Below are positions 60,849 to 64,000 of a DNA stretch of 64,000 nt, one piece after another. This DNA comes from an uncultured delta proteobacterium (GTDB lineage: Bacteria > Myxococcota > Kuafuiibacteriia > Kuafuiibacteriales > Kuafuiibacteriaceae). The stretch is from the NCBI GenBank assembly GCA_963803435.1, contig CAWDML010000001.1, positions 1,728,001-1,792,000 on the forward strand. Reading direction: 5' to 3'. The position numbers and the translations under genes were made by a program. Each line of letters begins with the position of its first letter. Position 1 is the stretch's first letter. The notes below the pieces were generated by a model. It saw only the letters and a list, made by a program, of their open reading frames with translations, had not been told where the DNA came from and did no database searches.

Positions 60849-63280
60849 CGGAACCTGTTCAGGAGGAAGCGCTCGAGCTCCTTCATCGTCCGGCGGTCAC
60901 CGTCCGACAGGCGCTCGTCCTTGAGGAGCGACGCGTAGATCTCGGCGACGCCCTCGGCATCGTCGGCCTGCATCAGCGCCTGCGCCTCGACCGTCCGCCA
61001 GTCGGCCAGCGCGGCGCCGTGGCTCCTCACCTTCAGCGAGACCTCCTTGGCCGCCGTGCTGATCATCTCCTCGAGGACGCGGTGAGCGTCGACGCCGTCC
61101 TCGAGCTCGTCCTTGGGGATGCTCTTGGTATCGAAGCCCGCATCGACGTGCTCCTGCATCACGACCTTCGAGCCGAGGAGGAGCTGCACCGTCAGGACGA
61201 TCCGTCCCTTGGGCGTGGGATCGCAGCTCTCGACGGCGCTGCGCAGCGTGACCGGCGGCAGCTGCCGCGTCTTCTGATCGACGTCCTCGGTCTCGTGGGC
61301 AGCGAGGAAGGCAGCGCCCAGCTTCGGCGTGCGATTGAGATAGAGCACCATTCGATCTCGCAAGTGCGACTCCACGCCGCGGCACGCGTCGCCGAGATGA
61401 TCGCCTCGGATCGCCGGCGCGACATAGCCGTCCGGCTCGCTGCCGAAGCCGAGCGAGCGCTCGATCTTCGCCATCGCCTGCTTGGCCTCGGCCTGCTCCG
61501 GATCCACGTCGAGCACGCGGCGATAGTAGATGAACGCTGCGCCCAGACGGCCGGCGGCCTGATGATCGCGGGCAGCCTCGAGCGCCTCGCCGGCCAGCTC
61601 CGCCTTCAGCTCCTCGATCCCCGCGCGCGCTCCCTGGTCGTCGGGCGTGATCTCGAGGATCGCGCGGTAGGCCGCCGCCGCCCGCGTCGAGTCCTCGACC
61701 ACGCGGGCCTCCGCGGCTTGCTTCTGAAGCTCGTCGAGCCGGGCGGACGTCGCGATCTCGAGACCGAGGCGGGCGAGCTTCGATCGTCCGTCCACCTCGA
61801 CCGCCCGTCCGAAGCGCGCGCGCGCCGCGGCGTAGTCCTTGTGCTCGAGTGAGGCCATGCCCTCCCCGAGGTGGGAGGCCAGCGCGGCGGGCGCCTTCGC
61901 GATCTCGAGCGCGGTCGCGAGCTGCTCGGTCGCCTCCTCGAACTTGTGCTGCCGCGCGCCGGCGGAGGCACGCTCCACCAGCTCGCCGAACGCCCGCCTC
62001 ACCAGCTTCTTCTTGGCGGCCTCGTAGCCGGGAAGCGCCTCCGCGAACGGAGCCAGCCGGCGCAGCGCCACCAGCGCCTGGGCCGGCGCGGCGTCCCCTC
62101 GGCTCTTCGCAGCCTCGAACTCCACCCGCGCCACCGTCGCCATCACCGTCTTGGCCGCGAGCGCCACCTGGACGCCGGGCGCCTGCGCGAGCGCGGCCTC
62201 GATCTTCGGCTTGGCCAATCCGGGCGCGCCGTTGTTGAGCTCCTCGATCGCGGCGGCGAGCAGGTCGAGCACCTTCGCCGGTGCGTCGGTGTGCTCCAGC
62301 GCCAGGGTGAGCTCGGCGGCGCCCTTCTCCGCGAAGCCGCGGACCGCATAGTCCTCGGCGCGCTTCGAGCGCACCAGCGCGCTCTTCTCTCGGGCGATCC
62401 GGGCCCGATCCTGGACCTCGATCGGCGCGCTCCGGCTGGCCGCCATGACCGTGTACAGCTCCGCGGCGTCCTCCCACTTGTTCTGCTGCTCGTAGCGGCG
62501 CGCCTGATCGAGCTGCTCGAGCGTCGACCCGGCGCCGCGCTTGGCCCGCCGCATCTTCTGGACGATCGAGCGGCTCGGAGACAGCCGCGAAGCCTGCTCG
62601 AACGCCTGGTAGGCGCCGAGGGCGTCGCCCTTGGCGAGCAGCTCGTCACCCTCGACCTCGAGGTGCCGCGCCTGGGTCCGGACGTACATCCCGCTGGTGA
62701 AGACGGCGTGGTCGGGCTCGATCTCGTGGGCGACCTGATACTCCTGGAACGCCTGCGCCCAAGACTCGGCGTCGGCATAGACCTGCGCCAACCTGAGGTG
62801 ATAACCGAGGGCCGTCTTCTTGGCCTCGTGCAAGGTCGCTTGCGCGCCGGGATCGTTCGGGATCGTCTTCTTGAGCTCGACGGCCGCGCGGTAGAACTCG
62901 ACGGGATCCGCCTGGTGAGTCCGGAGCTCGGCCAGCGCCCGGCGCGCCTTCAGCTCCGGATCGTCCTTCAGCACCTCGAGCGCGCGATCCCACTGCTCGA
63001 CCGCGCCGGCGAAGTCGCGGGCCGCCTCCGCGCGCCGGGCGGCCTCGACGTTCGCACCGGCGGCCTCGCGCTGGGTCTCGGTGAGCGCGGCGCGATAGGC
63101 GTCGCGCTTGGGGTCTGCGTCGACCGCCAGTCGGTATTCGCGGATCGCCGTGGTGAGGTCTCCCCGCTGATGCGCCTTCTCCGCGCGAGAGAACGCAGCG
63201 CGCCCATTCATGGCGGCGCAACCGGCCAGCGCGAGGGTGGCCGTGATGAAAAGCGCGGGCGGGCTGCAACGGCGAAACAT
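60845..63280 (-). CDS. Multi-TPR lipoprotein
   Basis: Lipobox LAGC after ATG 63280; many TPRs (YRLAVDADP, YRAILEITPDD, YRRVLDVDP). Confidence 0.8.
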   Translation of the reverse strand: MFRRCSPPALFITATLALAGCAAMNGRAAFSRAEKAHQRGDLTTAIREYRLAVDADPKRDAYRAALTETQREAAGANVEAARRAEAARDFAGAVEQWDRALEVLKDDPELKARRALAELRTHQADPVEFYRAAVELKKTIPNDPGAQATLHEAKKTALGYHLRLAQVYADAESWAQAFQEYQVAHEIEPDHAVFTSGMYVRTQARHLEVEGDELLAKGDALGAYQAFEQASRLSPSRSIVQKMRRAKRGAGSTLEQLDQARRYEQQNKWEDAAELYTVMAASRSAPIEVQDRARIAREKSALVRSKRAEDYAVRGFAEKGAAELTLALEHTDAPAKVLDLLAAAIEELNNGAPGLAKPKIEAALAQAPGVQVALAAKTVMATVARVEFEAAKSRGDAAPAQALVALRRLAPFAEALPGYEAAKKKLVRRAFGELVERASAGARQHKFEEATEQLATALEIAKAPAALASHLGEGMASLEHKDYAAARARFGRAVEVDGRSKLARLGLEIATSARLDELQKQAAEARVVEDSTRAAAAYRAILEITPDDQGARAGIEELKAELAGEALEAARDHQAAGRLGAAFIYYRRVLDVDPEQAEAKQAMAKIERSLGFGSEPDGYVAPAIRGDHLGDACRGVESHLRDRMVLYLNRTPKLGAAFLAAHETEDVDQKTRQLPPVTLRSAVESCDPTPKGRIVLTVQLLLGSKVVMQEHVDAGFDTKSIPKDELEDGVDAHRVLEEMISTAAKEVSLKVRSHGAALADWRTVEAQALMQADDAEGVAEIYASLLKDERLSDGDRRTMKELERFLLNRFR

Positions 63281-63425
63281 CGGGCCTCCAAACCAGAAGT
63301 CGCGGGGCTTGGACACCGGAAAGGGGCGGAGGAAAAACCTCCTTGATTCCCGCGGTGTTGCGGCCCGGTTTCCCTCATCTGGGTGGTACGCCGCACTTGA
63401 GAGAACCTTCCTCCACACCCGGGCC

Positions 63426-63453
63426 GCACGTTTTCTTTTCGCGCCGCCGATAA
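63426..63453 (+). promoter_or_regulatory. Candidate sigma28-type promoter
   Basis: GCACG-N15-GCCGATAA upstream of ATG 63463; the leader would be very short. Confidence 0.5.
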
Positions 63454-63462
63454 CCGGGGGAG

Positions 63463-64000
63463 ATGAACGACTTCGGAATCGGGTCCCAGCCTCGGGTCGC
63501 CGGCGCGACGGACCTGCCGGCCTCGGTGCCCGTCTCGACCCCGGAGGCCCTGCTCGCCGGGGGCTCGATGATGACGAAGGCCCACCGGCGGCTGATCGAG
63601 GGCCCAGCCCACAAGAGCGGTGAGGGCCTGGGGAGGACGAGCTTTCGCGGCACGGCAGGGCTCGCGGGGCTCCAGCTGTTCGCCCAGAAGCCGGCGCCGC
63701 TCGACGAGGCGGTCTTCGGACCCAACGTCGAGCTGCGGGATCTCGCGCGCGAGGTGATGAAGGCCGTCGATGCCGGCATCGAGGTGGGCGCGCGTTCGAA
63801 GTGGCGGAAGAAGAAGTACCTGGCCACCCTCAAGCAGGCGAGCAGCCGGATCGCACACGACACCGTCAAGCGGCTGGCCGCCGACGCCGAGGCCGGCAGG
63901 GTCATCACGCGCGAGCAGGTCCGGTCCGCCGTGGCGGAGGCGGTCACCGAGGCGATCCAGAACGTCCCCAGCGCGCTGAGGAAGGAGAACCTCCTCGGCT
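63463..64000 (+). CDS. Hypothetical protein, 3'-partial (candidate T3SS substrate)
   Basis: Open frame from ATG 63463 (MNDFGIGSQPRVAGATDLPASVP..) to the window end; GGGAG upstream; S/P/G-rich N-terminus with no Sec signal. Confidence 0.65.
   Translation, partial: MNDFGIGSQPRVAGATDLPASVPVSTPEALLAGGSMMTKAHRRLIEGPAHKSGEGLGRTSFRGTAGLAGLQLFAQKPAPLDEAVFGPNVELRDLAREVMKAVDAGIEVGARSKWRKKKYLATLKQASSRIAHDTVKRLAADAEAGRVITREQVRSAVAEAVTEAIQNVPSALRKENLLG

Overview
High-GC bacterial DNA whose gene content points to Myxococcota (TIGR02266 domain, MYXO-CTERM-like tail, choice-of-anchor D/vWA lipoprotein, Myxococcales-type T3SS). Positions 0.1-19.7 kb hold a non-flagellar type III secretion cluster: sctL, N, O, P, Q, a FliO-like gene, sctR, S, T, U, two TPR chaperones, a candidate Bsp22/EspA-like filament protein and sctV, interrupted by a metalloprotease pair and orphan genes. 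It is followed by alaS, a TIGR02266/coiled-coil/degenerate Hsp70 fusion, a TetR-RND efflux unit, an aminotransferase, 5-oxoprolinase, MscS-cNMP, a TonB receptor with a triple-HmuY lipoprotein, fabG/fabK/fabH-like genes and folB. The last third has a large repeat protein beside a third T3SS-type chaperone, a 1.75-kb element splitting a membrane-protein gene, and a lipoprotein operon. Most notable: (1) a recurring sigma28-like promoter GCAAC-N14/15-SSCGATAA marking four likely secreted substrates; (2) the mobile element, with a CTAG duplication, microsatellite-containing ~70-bp inverted repeats, a four-helix-bundle passenger gene and an internal 11-bp copy of its own target flank; (3) an 'empty' ~240-bp microsatellite hairpin of similar architecture. 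Several single-base lesions look like long-read errors. No rRNA, tRNA or CRISPR array was seen. All family assignments come from recognising motifs by eye, not from database searches.
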